DNA of 64,000 nucleotides, from the NCBI RefSeq assembly GCF_024502345.1, contig NZ_JALDNN010000001.1; one strand, given 5' to 3'. This document shows positions 1 through 11,476 of the stretch, piece after piece; within the stretch, counting starts at the first letter, position 1, and the number at the start of each line of letters is the position of its first letter. The notes below the pieces were generated by a model, which was not told where the DNA came from, made no database searches, and saw nothing but the letters and a program-made list of their open reading frames with translations. Origin of the DNA: Escherichia coli. Lineage in GTDB: Bacteria > Pseudomonadota > Gammaproteobacteria > Enterobacterales > Enterobacteriaceae. The translations under genes were made by a program, and so were the position numbers.

Positions 1-403
1 CTTTCACTGCGATATGACGCACAGAGATACGTTCACCATGCATTGCCGCTTTCGAACCAGTAAGCAGCGGATGCCACGCAGGTAAATCTTTACCTTCCGC
101 CAGCAAACGATAAGCGCAGGTCATTGGCAGCCATTCGAATGTTGGCAGATTTTCACGGGTTAATTTAATGCAGTCGGGTTCAAACTCGAAACGACGTTCG
201 TAGTTCCGACATTGACAGGTTTTAATATTGAGCTGGCGACAGGCGACGTTAGTGAAGTAGATTTCGTCGGTGTCTTCATCCATCAGTTTATGCAGGCAAC
301 ACTGACCGCAACCATCACACAACGACTCCCATTCCGCATCGCTCATTTCGTCCAGGGTTTTACTTTGCCAGAAAGGTACATCGCTCATCAGGTGTTCCGC
401 CAT
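1..403 (-). CDS. ycgN: UPF0260 protein YcgN, cut by the window edge (start codon at 401-403)
   Basis: Reverse-strand frame translates [15 protein letters not shown]... with CxxC motifs; lies downstream of ycgM as in K-12. Start codon choice is uncertain (second ATG at 386-388). Confidence 0.65.
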
Positions 404-479
404 TACGTTAAAACGCACCTTATAACCAGTCTGGCACAGCGATGCAAGTTTTGCCGCCGCTTTCAGGCGGCAAAAAGTA

Positions 480-1139
480 TTACAAAACGCGAGTTGCCAA
501 AGAATGCCCATCGAAAGTGACTGTCAGCTCATCACCGCTTTGCAACGGGCCGACGCCATCAGGCGTGCCTGTCAACACAACGTCACCGGCCTTGAGGGTA
601 AAAAACTTGCTCATATAAGCGATCAGCGGAACGATTTTATGGATCATGTCCGCAGTCGTACCTTGCTGGCGTTGTTCGCCGTTTACGCTCAGGCCCAGCG
701 TTGTATTTTGCGGGTCGCCGGTAAATTCCGCCGCGGGAATAAACCCGGAAAGCGGACAAGAGTTATCAAACGCTTTAGCCTTTTCCCACGGCTGCCCGGC
801 TGTCTTCATTTTTCCCTGAACATCACGCAACGTCAGATCGAGCGCCACGCCGTAACCGGCAATGGCTTTGCGGACATGTTCTTCCGTAGCCTGACGCAGC
901 GTCGCGCCAATCAACACCGCCAGTTCGACTTCATGATGAACTGAACCGAAATCGGATGGGATCGCCAATGGCTGCCGCAGATCGCACAGTGCCGTTTCTG
1001 GTTTAATAAACAGCACTGGCTCTTCGGGCACTGCGCTGCCCATCTCTTTAATATGTTTGGCATAGTTACTGCCAACACAGACTACTTTACTCACCGGATA
1101 ATCCAGCAGCGCACCTTGCCAGTTGTGATGTTGATACAT
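480..1139 (-). CDS. ycgM: Fumarylacetoacetate hydrolase family protein YcgM
   Basis: 219-aa ORF in the track; K-12 synteny with ycgL/ycgN. Confidence 0.9.
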
Positions 1140-1210
1140 AACGTTCCCCTCACCTTATCGTGGATATGAAAACCCGCGCCGACAAAGATAATGCCACCGC
1201 CGGATATCGG

Positions 1211-1537
1211 TTATTTGTTAGTGTCGTCTGTTTTCTGCCCCATGACGGAAAGATGTTGCTTCAGCAAATCTTCGGGTGGTGGCGGTAACTGCAAATAGTA
1301 ACCTTGCTCGGTTAATGCCTGTTTAACCTTTTCAATATCGGCATTGACCAGTTTCTTCCGCCCATCCAGCGGCAGAATCATCGCTAATTGAGGCTGACCA
1401 AAACCTTTCATCAGTTCCTCAGGAACACGAGAAAAATCGTCTTTTTTTTCGACATATAAATAGGTCTGGTCACGCTTGCTGCTTCGATAAATCACACAAA
1501 ACATACTTTTACTCTTTAAGATGCCAGGTTTTGGCAT
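1211..1537 (-). CDS. ycgL: YcgL domain protein
   Basis: 108-aa ORF; synteny next to minC-side genes. Confidence 0.85.
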   Translation of the reverse strand: MPKPGILKSKSMFCVIYRSSKRDQTYLYVEKKDDFSRVPEELMKGFGQPQLAMILPLDGRKKLVNADIEKVKQALTEQGYYLQLPPPPEDLLKQHLSVMGQKTDDTNK

Positions 1538-1745
1538 AAGCTAACATCAATGAAACCCGCGCCACAAGCCAGCCAGCTGTAGATTTCTGCGGTTTGTTGA
1601 GTCCATGCCCCTTTATAAGTAATCCCCCCGGCAAAAAATGCCGCGCCGGGATTTTACCGAACGCAGAAAAGCCACTGGAATTCTCCCGTAAGGGATTGTT
1701 ATATTATAACAGTTCATCGTACTCATTCTGAACAGGAGACTACCA

Positions 1746-2147
1746 ATGAAAATCAAGAGCATCAGTAAGGCTGTATTGCTGCTTGCACTGCTAACCTCCA
1801 CGAGCTTTGCTGCGGGTAAGAATGTCAATGTTGAGTTCAGCAAAGGCCATAGCAGCGCTCAGTACTCCGGCGAAATAAAGGGATACGATTACGATACATA
1901 TACCTTCTATGCCAAAAAAGGTCAGAAAGTGCATGTGAGTATCTCTAATGAAGGCGCTGATACTTACCTCTTCGGGCCAGGAATCGATGATTCTGTTGAT
2001 TTATCCAGATATTCCCCTGAACTCGATAGTCACGGACAATACTCACTCCCTGCTTCTGGCAAATATGAGCTGCGAGTGCTGCAAACCCGAAACGACGCCC
2101 GTAAAAACAAAACTAAAAAATATAACGTCGATATTCAAATTAAGTAA
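1746..2147 (+). CDS. pliG: Periplasmic inhibitor of g-type lysozyme PliG (YcgK)
   Basis: 133-aa ORF with an N-terminal signal peptide (MKIKSISKAVLLLALLTSTSFA); synteny. Confidence 0.85.
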   Translation: MKIKSISKAVLLLALLTSTSFAAGKNVNVEFSKGHSSAQYSGEIKGYDYDTYTFYAKKGQKVHVSISNEGADTYLFGPGIDDSVDLSRYSPELDSHGQYSLPASGKYELRVLQTRNDARKNKTKKYNVDIQIK

Positions 2148-2266
2148 ATGTCAACCGACGGGGACTCTCCCCGTCATAAACGTTAACGCCCCACTCCTCT
2201 CTGTCGCTCAAGAGGTTAATGACGAATAGCAGACAATGCCGAATAGAACATAATGTAAACAAGGCA

Positions 2267-2635
2267 TCACTCACGACACATAAATAACATCTTTGTGGTG
2301 GTTTGATTGATTTTTCCACTCCGCTTACCATCCACACCAAAATAACGATCATCACGACATAATTTTTCTTTAACATCGCAAAATACACCGTTAGCGAATG
2401 TAAATTCGCTGGGATCGTAGCCTTGTAATGATTGTAAGTTTTCAGCGGCTTTTTCGCCGAGATATTTCCTTGTTAACTCTGGGGAAATGCCATCTGAGTT
2501 CACACAAATATACGGGTCGCAAACAACGCCGCACGCCGGAGATTGAAGTCCGCCAGCGTCATTTCCAGACGCCATTGATGAGAACATCATCCCCACACCT
2601 GACAATCCGATATAAAAAATACGCATCATATTCAT
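2267..2635 (-). CDS. ycgJ: Uncharacterised protein YcgJ
   Basis: 122-aa ORF; position between pliG and minC as in K-12. Confidence 0.8.
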   Translation of the reverse strand: MNMMRIFYIGLSGVGMMFSSMASGNDAGGLQSPACGVVCDPYICVNSDGISPELTRKYLGEKAAENLQSLQGYDPSEFTFANGVFCDVKEKLCRDDRYFGVDGKRSGKINQTTTKMLFMCRE

Positions 2636-3154
2636 AGCACATCCTGATAATCCAACCGTACAACACTTATGCTCATTTCATCATCAATCCGTAATCAAAA
2701 CCGCTGACCTGGACGAGTTACGATGACCTGACAGAAGTATCAGACGTCTTCTGCGGTTTCTATGATAGAGCAATTCTGTGGCGGATATTAAGATAACGGG
2801 TATCTGTTCTTTAATGATGCCGCAAAAAATGGAAAGTTAAGAAAGCCTGGCGTGGTGAAAAAATACACTTGCCTCAATACTGGATATTTAAACAGGTCTG
2901 GAGATGCTGTCACGATTAGGGTGCGGAAAAAGGAAGCGTAAATAAGAACAATCAAAAGTACGACGGCAATGGGTTGATTGACAAGGGTATTTTTTAAGCT
3001 ATGAATCAGCGCCATTTATCACTGAATAGACTTTTACTCTGAATAAATGGGAGGGTGACTTGCCTCAATATAATCCAGACTATAACATGCCTTATAGTCT
3101 TCGGAACATCATCGCGCGCTGGCGATGATTAATAGCTAATTGAGTAAGGCCAGG

Positions 3155-3850
3155 ATGTCAAACACGCCAATCGAGCTTAAAGGCAGTAGCTTCACTTTAT
3201 CTGTGGTTCATCTGCATGAGGCAGAACCTAAGGTTATCCATCAGGCGCTGGAAGACAAAATCGCTCAGGCCCCCGCATTTTTAAAACATGCCCCCGTTGT
3301 ACTCAACGTCAGTGCACTGGAAGACCCGGTAAACTGGTCAGCGATGCATAAGGCGGTTTCGGCAACCGGTTTGCGGGTTATTGGCGTAAGTGGCTGCAAA
3401 GATGCGCAACTTAAAGCCGAAATTGAAAAAATGGGGCTGCCTATCCTGACGGAAGGAAAGGAAAAAGCGCCACGTCCAGCTCCCGCACCGCAGGCTCCAG
3501 CGCAAAATACAACGCCGGTCACAAAAACGCGTTTAATAGATACCCCGGTGCGTTCCGGTCAGCGTATTTATGCTCCACAATGTGATCTGATTGTTACAAG
3601 CCACGTTAGCGCTGGGGCCGAATTGATTGCCGATGGTAACATTCATGTCTATGGCATGATGCGCGGTCGTGCGCTGGCAGGGGCAAGTGGTGACCGGGAA
3701 ACGCAAATATTTTGTACGAACCTGATGGCGGAATTGGTGTCCATCGCAGGTGAATACTGGCTGAGTGATCAAATCCCAGCAGAATTTTATGGCAAAGCGG
3801 CGCGACTGCAGTTAGTCGAAAACACTTTGACCGTTCAACCGTTAAATTGA
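3155..3850 (+). CDS. minC: Septum site-determining protein MinC
   Basis: ATG at 3155 gives [21 protein letters not shown]..., 231 aa; the track ORF begins 5 codons upstream at a TTG. Confidence 0.95.
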   Translation: MSNTPIELKGSSFTLSVVHLHEAEPKVIHQALEDKIAQAPAFLKHAPVVLNVSALEDPVNWSAMHKAVSATGLRVIGVSGCKDAQLKAEIEKMGLPILTEGKEKAPRPAPAPQAPAQNTTPVTKTRLIDTPVRSGQRIYAPQCDLIVTSHVSAGAELIADGNIHVYGMMRGRALAGASGDRETQIFCTNLMAELVSIAGEYWLSDQIPAEFYGKAARLQLVENTLTVQPLN

Positions 3851-3873
3851 TCCCTTTTTAACAAGGAATTTCT

Positions 3874-4686
3874 ATGGCACGCATTATTGTTGTTACTTCG
3901 GGCAAAGGGGGTGTTGGTAAGACAACCTCCAGCGCGGCCATCGCCACTGGTTTGGCCCAGAAGGGAAAGAAAACTGTCGTGATAGATTTTGATATCGGCC
4001 TGCGTAATCTCGACCTGATTATGGGTTGCGAACGCCGGGTCGTTTACGATTTCGTCAACGTCATTCAGGGCGATGCAACGCTAAATCAGGCGTTAATTAA
4101 AGATAAGCGTACTGAAAATCTCTATATTCTGCCGGCATCGCAAACACGCGATAAAGATGCCCTCACCCGTGAAGGGGTCGCCAAAGTTCTTGATGATCTG
4201 AAAGCGATGGATTTTGAATTTATCGTTTGTGACTCCCCGGCAGGGATTGAAACCGGTGCGTTAATGGCACTCTATTTTGCAGACGAAGCCATTATTACCA
4301 CCAACCCGGAAGTCTCCTCAGTACGCGACTCTGACCGTATTTTAGGCATTCTGGCGTCAAAATCACGCCGCGCAGAAAATGGCGAAGAGCCTATTAAAGA
4401 GCACCTGCTGTTAACGCGCTATAACCCAGGCCGCGTAAGCAGAGGTGACATGCTGAGCATGGAAGATGTGCTGGAGATCCTGCGCATCAAACTCGTCGGC
4501 GTGATCCCAGAGGATCAATCAGTATTGCGCGCCTCTAACCAGGGTGAGCCGGTCATTCTCGACATTAACGCCGATGCGGGTAAAGCCTACGCAGATACCG
4601 TAGAACGTCTGTTGGGAGAAGAACGTCCTTTCCGCTTCATTGAAGAAGAGAAGAAAGGCTTCCTCAAACGCTTGTTCGGAGGATAA
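3874..4686 (+). CDS. minD: Septum site-determining ATPase MinD
   Basis: 270-aa ORF with Walker A GKGGVGKTT; deviant ParA/MinD family. Confidence 0.97.
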   Translation: MARIIVVTSGKGGVGKTTSSAAIATGLAQKGKKTVVIDFDIGLRNLDLIMGCERRVVYDFVNVIQGDATLNQALIKDKRTENLYILPASQTRDKDALTREGVAKVLDDLKAMDFEFIVCDSPAGIETGALMALYFADEAIITTNPEVSSVRDSDRILGILASKSRRAENGEEPIKEHLLLTRYNPGRVSRGDMLSMEDVLEILRIKLVGVIPEDQSVLRASNQGEPVILDINADAGKAYADTVERLLGEERPFRFIEEEKKGFLKRLFGG

Positions 4687-4689
4687 GTT

Positions 4690-4956
4690 ATGGCATTACT
4701 CGATTTCTTTCTCTCGCGGAAGAAAAATACAGCCAACATTGCAAAAGAACGGCTGCAGATTATTGTTGCTGAACGCCGTCGCAGCGATGCAGAACCGCAT
4801 TATCTGCCGCAGTTGCGTAAAGATATTCTTGAGGTCATTTGTAAATACGTACAAATTGATCCTGAGATGGTAACCGTACAGCTTGAGCAAAAAGATGGCG
4901 ATATTTCTATTCTTGAGCTGAACGTGACCTTACCGGAAGCAGAAGAGCTGAAATAA
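4690..4956 (+). CDS. minE: Cell division topological specificity factor MinE
   Basis: 88-aa [34 protein letters not shown]... Confidence 0.97.
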
Positions 4957-4982
4957 TCCCGCTGTAAAAGCGCATTTATCTT

Positions 4983-5014
4983 CAAGGCAGAGTTATCTCT
5001 GCCTTGAGTTTTTC
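4983..5014 (+). terminator. Intrinsic terminator downstream of minE
   Basis: Stem caaggcaga/tctgccttg with loop gttatc, followed by agtttttc. Confidence 0.7.
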
Positions 5015-5103
5015 ATCCCTCTCATCCACGTTGTGGTAAAGCGGCGAGTATTCTTGCTGATACTCCTCATTGCTATTTCCACCTCCCCCTTTACACCTTA
5101 AGG

Positions 5104-6160
5104 GGCTTTGTTGAATAAATCGAACTTTTGCTGAGTTGAAGGATCAGATCACGTATCTTCCCGACAACGCAGACCGTTCCGTGGCAAAGCAAAAGTTCAA
5201 AATCACCAACTGGCCCACCTACAATAAAGCCCTCATCAACCGTGGCTCCATAACTTTCTGGCTGGATGATGAAGCTATTCAGGCCTGGTATGAGTCAGCA
5301 ACACCTTCTTCACGAGGCAGACCTCAGCGCTATTCTGACCTTGCCATCACGACTGTGCTGGTCATTAAACGCGTATTCAGGCTGACCCTGCGCGCTGCGC
5401 AGGGCTTTATTGATTCCATTTTTTCTCTGATGAACGTTCCGCTACGCTGCCCGGATTACAGCTGTGTCAGCAGGCGGGCAAAGTCGGTTAATGTCAGTTT
5501 CAAAACGCCCACCCGGGGTGAAATCGCACACCTGGTAATTGATTCCACCGGGCTGAAGGTCTTCGGTGAAGGCGAGTGGAAAGTCAAAAAGCATGGCCAG
5601 GAACGCCGCCGTATCTGGCGTAAGCTGCATCTCGCCGTTGACAGTAAAACACATGAAATCATCTGCGCTGACCTGTCGCTGAACAACGTTACGGACTCAG
5701 AGGCCTTCCCCGGGTTAATCCGGCAAACCCACCGGAAAATCAGGTCAGCCGCCGCCGATGGCGCTTACGATACCCGGCTATGTCACGATGAACTGCGGCG
5801 TAAGAAAATCAGCGCGCTTATCCCTCCCCGAAAAGGTGCGGGTTACTGGCCCGGTGAATATGCAGACCGTAACCGTGCAGTGGCTAATCAGCGAATGACC
5901 GGGAGTAATGCGCGGTGGAAATGGACAACAGATTACAACCGTCGCTCGATAGCGGAAACGGCGATGTACCGGGTAAAACAGCTGTTCGGGGGTTCACTGA
6001 CACTGCGTGACTACGATGGTCAGGTTGCAGAGGCTATGGCCCTGGTACGAGCGCTGAACAAAATGACGAAAGCAGGTATGCCTGAAAGCGTGCGTATTGC
6101 CTGAAAACACAACCCGCTACGGGGGAGACTTACCCGAAATCTGATTTATTCAACAAAGCC
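5104..6160 (+). mobile_element. IS903-group insertion sequence (IS5 family), copy 1, 1057 bp, no target-site duplication
   Basis: Perfect 18-bp terminal inverted repeats GGCTTTGTTGAATAAATC (5104-5121 and 6143-6160); length 1057 bp; transposase ORF. Flanking 9-mers differ (ACCTTAAGG vs ATCGTGCAC). Confidence 0.93.
5181..6104 (+). CDS. IS903-type transposase (307 aa from GTG at 5181; the track ORF starts at TTG 5136)
   Basis: Translation VAKQKFKITNWPTYNKALINRGSITFWLDDEAIQAWYESATPSSRGRPQRYSDL... matches the IS903/IS102 transposase family from memory. Confidence 0.9.
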   Translation: MAKQKFKITNWPTYNKALINRGSITFWLDDEAIQAWYESATPSSRGRPQRYSDLAITTVLVIKRVFRLTLRAAQGFIDSIFSLMNVPLRCPDYSCVSRRAKSVNVSFKTPTRGEIAHLVIDSTGLKVFGEGEWKVKKHGQERRRIWRKLHLAVDSKTHEIICADLSLNNVTDSEAFPGLIRQTHRKIRSAAADGAYDTRLCHDELRRKKISALIPPRKGAGYWPGEYADRNRAVANQRMTGSNARWKWTTDYNRRSIAETAMYRVKQLFGGSLTLRDYDGQVAEAMALVRALNKMTKAGMPESVRIA

Positions 6161-6208
6161 ATCGTGCACACTACGCAGTCTCACAACTAACAAGAGGTTA
6201 TTATCCTG

Positions 6209-6613
6209 ATGGATCAGGTCGTTGTTTTTCAAAAGATGTTTGAGCAAGTGAGAAAAGAGCAAAACTTCTCCTGGTTTTATTCAGAATTAAAACATCACCG
6301 TATTGCACATTACATTTATTATCTGGCTACGGATAACATCAGAATTATTACTCACGATGACACGGTTTTGTTATTAAGAGGAACCAGGAACCTGTTAAAA
6401 GTTAGTACGACCAAGAACCCTGCTAAAATAAAAGAGGCCGCATTGCTTCATATTTGCGGAAAATCTACATTTCGGGAATACTGTTCAACACTGGCAGACG
6501 CGGGCGTTTTCCGTTGGGTTACTGATGTTAATCATAACAAACGCAGTTACTACGCCATTGATAATACGCTTTTATATATTGAAGATGTAGAAAATAATAA
6601 ACCATTAATCTAG
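6209..6613 (+). CDS. ycgX: DUF1398 family protein, YcgX-like
   Basis: 134-aa ORF immediately upstream of iraM, the K-12 position of ycgX. The protein sequence itself was not matched from memory. Confidence 0.6.
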   Translation: MDQVVVFQKMFEQVRKEQNFSWFYSELKHHRIAHYIYYLATDNIRIITHDDTVLLLRGTRNLLKVSTTKNPAKIKEAALLHICGKSTFREYCSTLADAGVFRWVTDVNHNKRSYYAIDNTLLYIEDVENNKPLI

Positions 6614-6828
6614 CTAAAGTTGGATGCTTAAGAAATGCTTCATAATTCAGTATGGCATTAGCATAATGGGAATAAAAGTACAGAGACTATCCCTATGGAT
6701 GATAAATACTGTCCTTTTATTGCTACCCATAAATAATCACCTGGCCAATACTATCAAATTGATATTTGAAATGTGATCACTTGACTTTCTATACGTTATT
6801 TCATAACGTTTAATATATTTATAAAAAC

Positions 6829-6851
6829 AACGGGCGTGCCATACGCCCGTT
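6829..6851. terminator. Hairpin aacgggcgt-gccat-acgcccgtt in the ycgX-iraM spacer; likely terminator
   Basis: Perfect 9-bp stem; the reverse strand is followed by a T-rich run. About 85% similar over roughly 50 bp to the hairpin at 7689-7711. Confidence 0.5.
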
Positions 6852-7308
6852 TCAATACTTAACGCACATGTGTTTTGGTTTAGTCATCATCCAGTTATAT
6901 GTATTTTAGCCAGGAACAGGTTAAACCTTTCCTATATAACTCAAAAATTGAAACCTTATTCTCATGTCATGCTTATATTCATTATTATCGTTATATAAAA
7001 AGGCAACCATAATGTTTAGCAAATTGGCACAAAGTAGCATAAAGGCTATGTTTTAATTACAGGATGGTCAGTCATTTGAATGTATAACATTATAGCTAAA
7101 CAAATCTAAAACGAAGTGAATAATTTATTGTTTTCACTAAATCTCATTTTGTTTAACATCCATTGAGATTCCTTGCTTTAAATTTTGTTTTATATAAGCA
7201 ATTGTTTTAATTAATTTATTTTTTGAAGGGGTAATATACTCATATGCAAAATAAAGAAATGAACATCCAAATGAACTATATTAAATACCGTGGGATAAGA
7301 CATAACAA

Positions 7309-7632
7309 ATGAAGTGGGTAGTAATTGACACGGTAATTCAACCTACATGCGGCATATCTTTTTCAGCCATATGGGGTGATATGAAAATGATTATCTGGTA
7401 TCAATCTACTATATTTCTTCCTCCTGGAAGTATATTTACACTGGTTAAGCCTGGTATTATCCTTAAGGATAAAGAATATCCTATAACTATTTATAACATT
7501 GCACCATTCAACAAGAATTTATGGAGTTTACTCAAAAGCAGTCAAGAGTGTCCTCCAGGAGAAAGCGAAATAACAAATAAATGTTTGCATAAGAGTTGTA
7601 TTATAAAAATATGCCCATATGGGCTCAAGTAA
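7309..7632 (+). CDS. iraM: Anti-adaptor protein IraM (stabilises RpoS against RssB)
   Basis: 107-aa [44 protein letters not shown]...; long AT-rich upstream region; adjacent to icd. Confidence 0.85.
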   Translation: MKWVVIDTVIQPTCGISFSAIWGDMKMIIWYQSTIFLPPGSIFTLVKPGIILKDKEYPITIYNIAPFNKNLWSLLKSSQECPPGESEITNKCLHKSCIIKICPYGLK

Positions 7633-7688
7633 TGGGTTTTATATAAATATGCTCGATATGCTATTAATAATATCCACATAAATAAAAC

Positions 7689-7711
7689 AACGGGCGTGTT
7701 ATACGCCCGTT
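7689..7711. terminator. Bidirectional intrinsic terminator between convergent iraM and icd
   Basis: Stem aacgggcgt/acgcccgtt with loop gttat; on the reverse strand it is followed by GTTTTATTTAT, directly downstream of the icd stop. Confidence 0.7.
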
Positions 7712-7734
7712 TAAATATTTAACACATGTAGTGA

Positions 7735-8985
7735 TTACATATTTTTGATGATCGCATCACCAAACTCTGAACATTTCAGCAGTTTAGCGCCTTCCATCAG
7801 ACGTTCGAAGTCATAGGTTACGGTCTTCGCATTGATTGCGCCTTCCATACCTTTAACAATCAGGTCTGCGGCTTCGGTCCAACCCATGTGGCGTAACATC
7901 ATCTCAGCAGAGAGAATAATAGAACCTGGGTTAACTTTGTCCTGACCGGCATATTTCGGCGCAGTACCGTGGGTGGCTTCAAACAGGGCGCATTCGTCAC
8001 CGATGTTTGCACCAGGGGCGATACCGATACCGCCAACCTGCGCTGCCAGGGCGTCAGAAATGTAGTCACCGTTCAGGTTCATACAGGCGATAACATCATA
8101 TTCAGCCGGACGCAGCAGGATCTGTTGCAGGAATGCATCAGCAATCACGTCTTTAATGACGATCTCTTTGCCGGTATTCGGGTTTTTAACTTTCAGCCAC
8201 GGGCCGCCGTCGATCAGTTCACCGCCAAATTCTTCACGCGCCAGCTGGTAGCCCCAGTCTTTAAACGCGCCTTCGGTGAACTTCATGATGTTGCCTTTGT
8301 GCACCAGGGTCACAGAGTCACGATCGTTAGCAATTGCGTATTCGATCGCTGCACGAACCAGACGTTTGGTGCCTTCTTCAGAACACGGCTTAATACCGAT
8401 ACCGCAATGTTCCGGGAAGCGAATTTTCTTCACGCCCATCTCTTCACGCAGGAATTTAATCACTTTCTCGGCGTCGGCAGAGTCAGCTTTCCATTCGATA
8501 CCCGCATAAATGTCTTCCGAGTTTTCACGGAAGATAACCATATCGGTCAGTTCAGGGTGTTTAACCGGGCTTGGAGTGCCCTGATAGTAACGTACCGGAC
8601 GCAGGCAGATGTAGAGATCCAGTTCCTGGCGCAGGGCAACGTTCAGAGAGCGAATACCGCCACCAACCGGAGTGGTCAGCGGGCCTTTAATGGCAACGCG
8701 ATATTCACGAATCAGATCAAGGGTTTCAGCAGGCAGCCAGACATCCTGACCATAAACCTGTGTGGATTTTTCACCGGTGTAAATTTCCATCCAGGAGATT
8801 TTACGCTCGCCTTTATAGGCTTTCTCGACTGCAGCGTCGACCACTTTCAGCATGGCTGGGGTTACATCTACACCGATTCCATCACCTTCAATGTAAGGGA
8901 TAATCGGATTTTCAGGAACGTTGAGTTTGCCGTTTTGCAGGGTGATCTTCTTGCCTTGTGCCGGAACAACTACTTTACTTTCCAT
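7735..8985 (-). CDS. icd: Isocitrate dehydrogenase (NADP)
   Basis: 416-aa [41 protein letters not shown]...; no prophage is attached to its 3' end. Confidence 0.97.
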   Translation of the reverse strand: MESKVVVPAQGKKITLQNGKLNVPENPIIPYIEGDGIGVDVTPAMLKVVDAAVEKAYKGERKISWMEIYTGEKSTQVYGQDVWLPAETLDLIREYRVAIKGPLTTPVGGGIRSLNVALRQELDLYICLRPVRYYQGTPSPVKHPELTDMVIFRENSEDIYAGIEWKADSADAEKVIKFLREEMGVKKIRFPEHCGIGIKPCSEEGTKRLVRAAIEYAIANDRDSVTLVHKGNIMKFTEGAFKDWGYQLAREEFGGELIDGGPWLKVKNPNTGKEIVIKDVIADAFLQQILLRPAEYDVIACMNLNGDYISDALAAQVGGIGIAPGANIGDECALFEATHGTAPKYAGQDKVNPGSIILSAEMMLRHMGWTEAADLIVKGMEGAINAKTVTYDFERLMEGAKLLKCSEFGDAIIKNM

Positions 8986-9156
8986 TCACCTCTCCTTCGA
9001 GCGCTACTGGTTTGCTCGTCTGCCACCACGTTGCATATGCGTTTGCGTCCTGCGATACGGATGCTTTAGAGCAATTTTTTGTTAATGATTTGTAATTGGC
9101 TTGTCAATACTACCCTATTGTTTGCCGTCATGAAAGATGCGCGTTATTAGGCTATA

Positions 9157-9810
9157 ATGCGGCAATTCATAATCTCTGAAAATACCATGCAAAAAACTTC
9201 TTTTAGAAATCACCAGGTTAAGCGATTCAGCTCGCAACGTTCTACCAGGCGTAAACCTGAAAACCAGCCCACGCGTGTGATCCTGTTCAATAAACCCTAC
9301 GATGTTCTTCCGCAGTTCACCGATGAAGCCGGACGCAAAACATTAAAAGAATTCATCCCGGTTCAGGGCGTTTATGCAGCAGGTCGTCTTGACCGCGATA
9401 GCGAAGGGTTACTGGTGCTGACCAATAACGGCGCGTTGCAGGCGCGTTTAACCCAGCCGGGCAAACGCACCGGGAAAATCTATTATGTGCAGGTGGAAGG
9501 TATTCCCACACAAGACGCACTTGAAGCCTTGCGCAATGGCGTAACCTTAAATGATGGCCCTACCCTGCCCGCCGGCGCGGAGCTGGTTGACGAACCTGCG
9601 TGGTTATGGCCGCGGAATCCACCAATTCGTGAACGCAAAAGTATTCCCACCAGCTGGCTGAAGATCACCTTATATGAAGGACGTAATCGCCAGGTGCGCC
9701 GCATGACCGCCCATGTTGGCTTCCCCACGCTGCGACTGATTCGTTATGCGATGGGTGATTACACTTTGGATAATCTCGCTAACGGCGAATGGCGAGAAGC
9801 GACAGAATAA
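9157..9810 (+). CDS. rluE: 23S rRNA pseudouridine(2457) synthase RluE
   Basis: 217-aa ORF, pseudouridine synthase family; divergent from icd as in K-12. Confidence 0.9.
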   Translation: MRQFIISENTMQKTSFRNHQVKRFSSQRSTRRKPENQPTRVILFNKPYDVLPQFTDEAGRKTLKEFIPVQGVYAAGRLDRDSEGLLVLTNNGALQARLTQPGKRTGKIYYVQVEGIPTQDALEALRNGVTLNDGPTLPAGAELVDEPAWLWPRNPPIRERKSIPTSWLKITLYEGRNRQVRRMTAHVGFPTLRLIRYAMGDYTLDNLANGEWREATE

Positions 9811-9819
9811 GGATGCAAA

Positions 9820-11441
<1,622 letters not shown>

Positions 11442-11476
11442 TTATTATCTTTACTTAAAACAAGGAAGCAGTGAAC

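Noticed and set aside
212-944. Forward-strand ORFs 212..520 and 504..944
   Set aside because: Antisense to ycgN and ycgM, which are the real genes here.
2157-2175. Hairpin gacgggga-ctc-tccccgtc after pliG as a terminator
   Set aside because: Good stem but no U-tract on either strand; not confident enough to call an intrinsic terminator.
6696-6737. 13-codon ORF MDDKYCPFIATHK downstream of ycgX
   Set aside because: Too short and without a recognisable ribosome-binding site or known homologue; probably chance in AT-rich DNA.
7969-9069. 366-aa forward-strand ORF
   Set aside because: Lies entirely antisense to icd in a highly conserved gene; long antisense shadow ORFs are typical of such genes. 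No independent start context.
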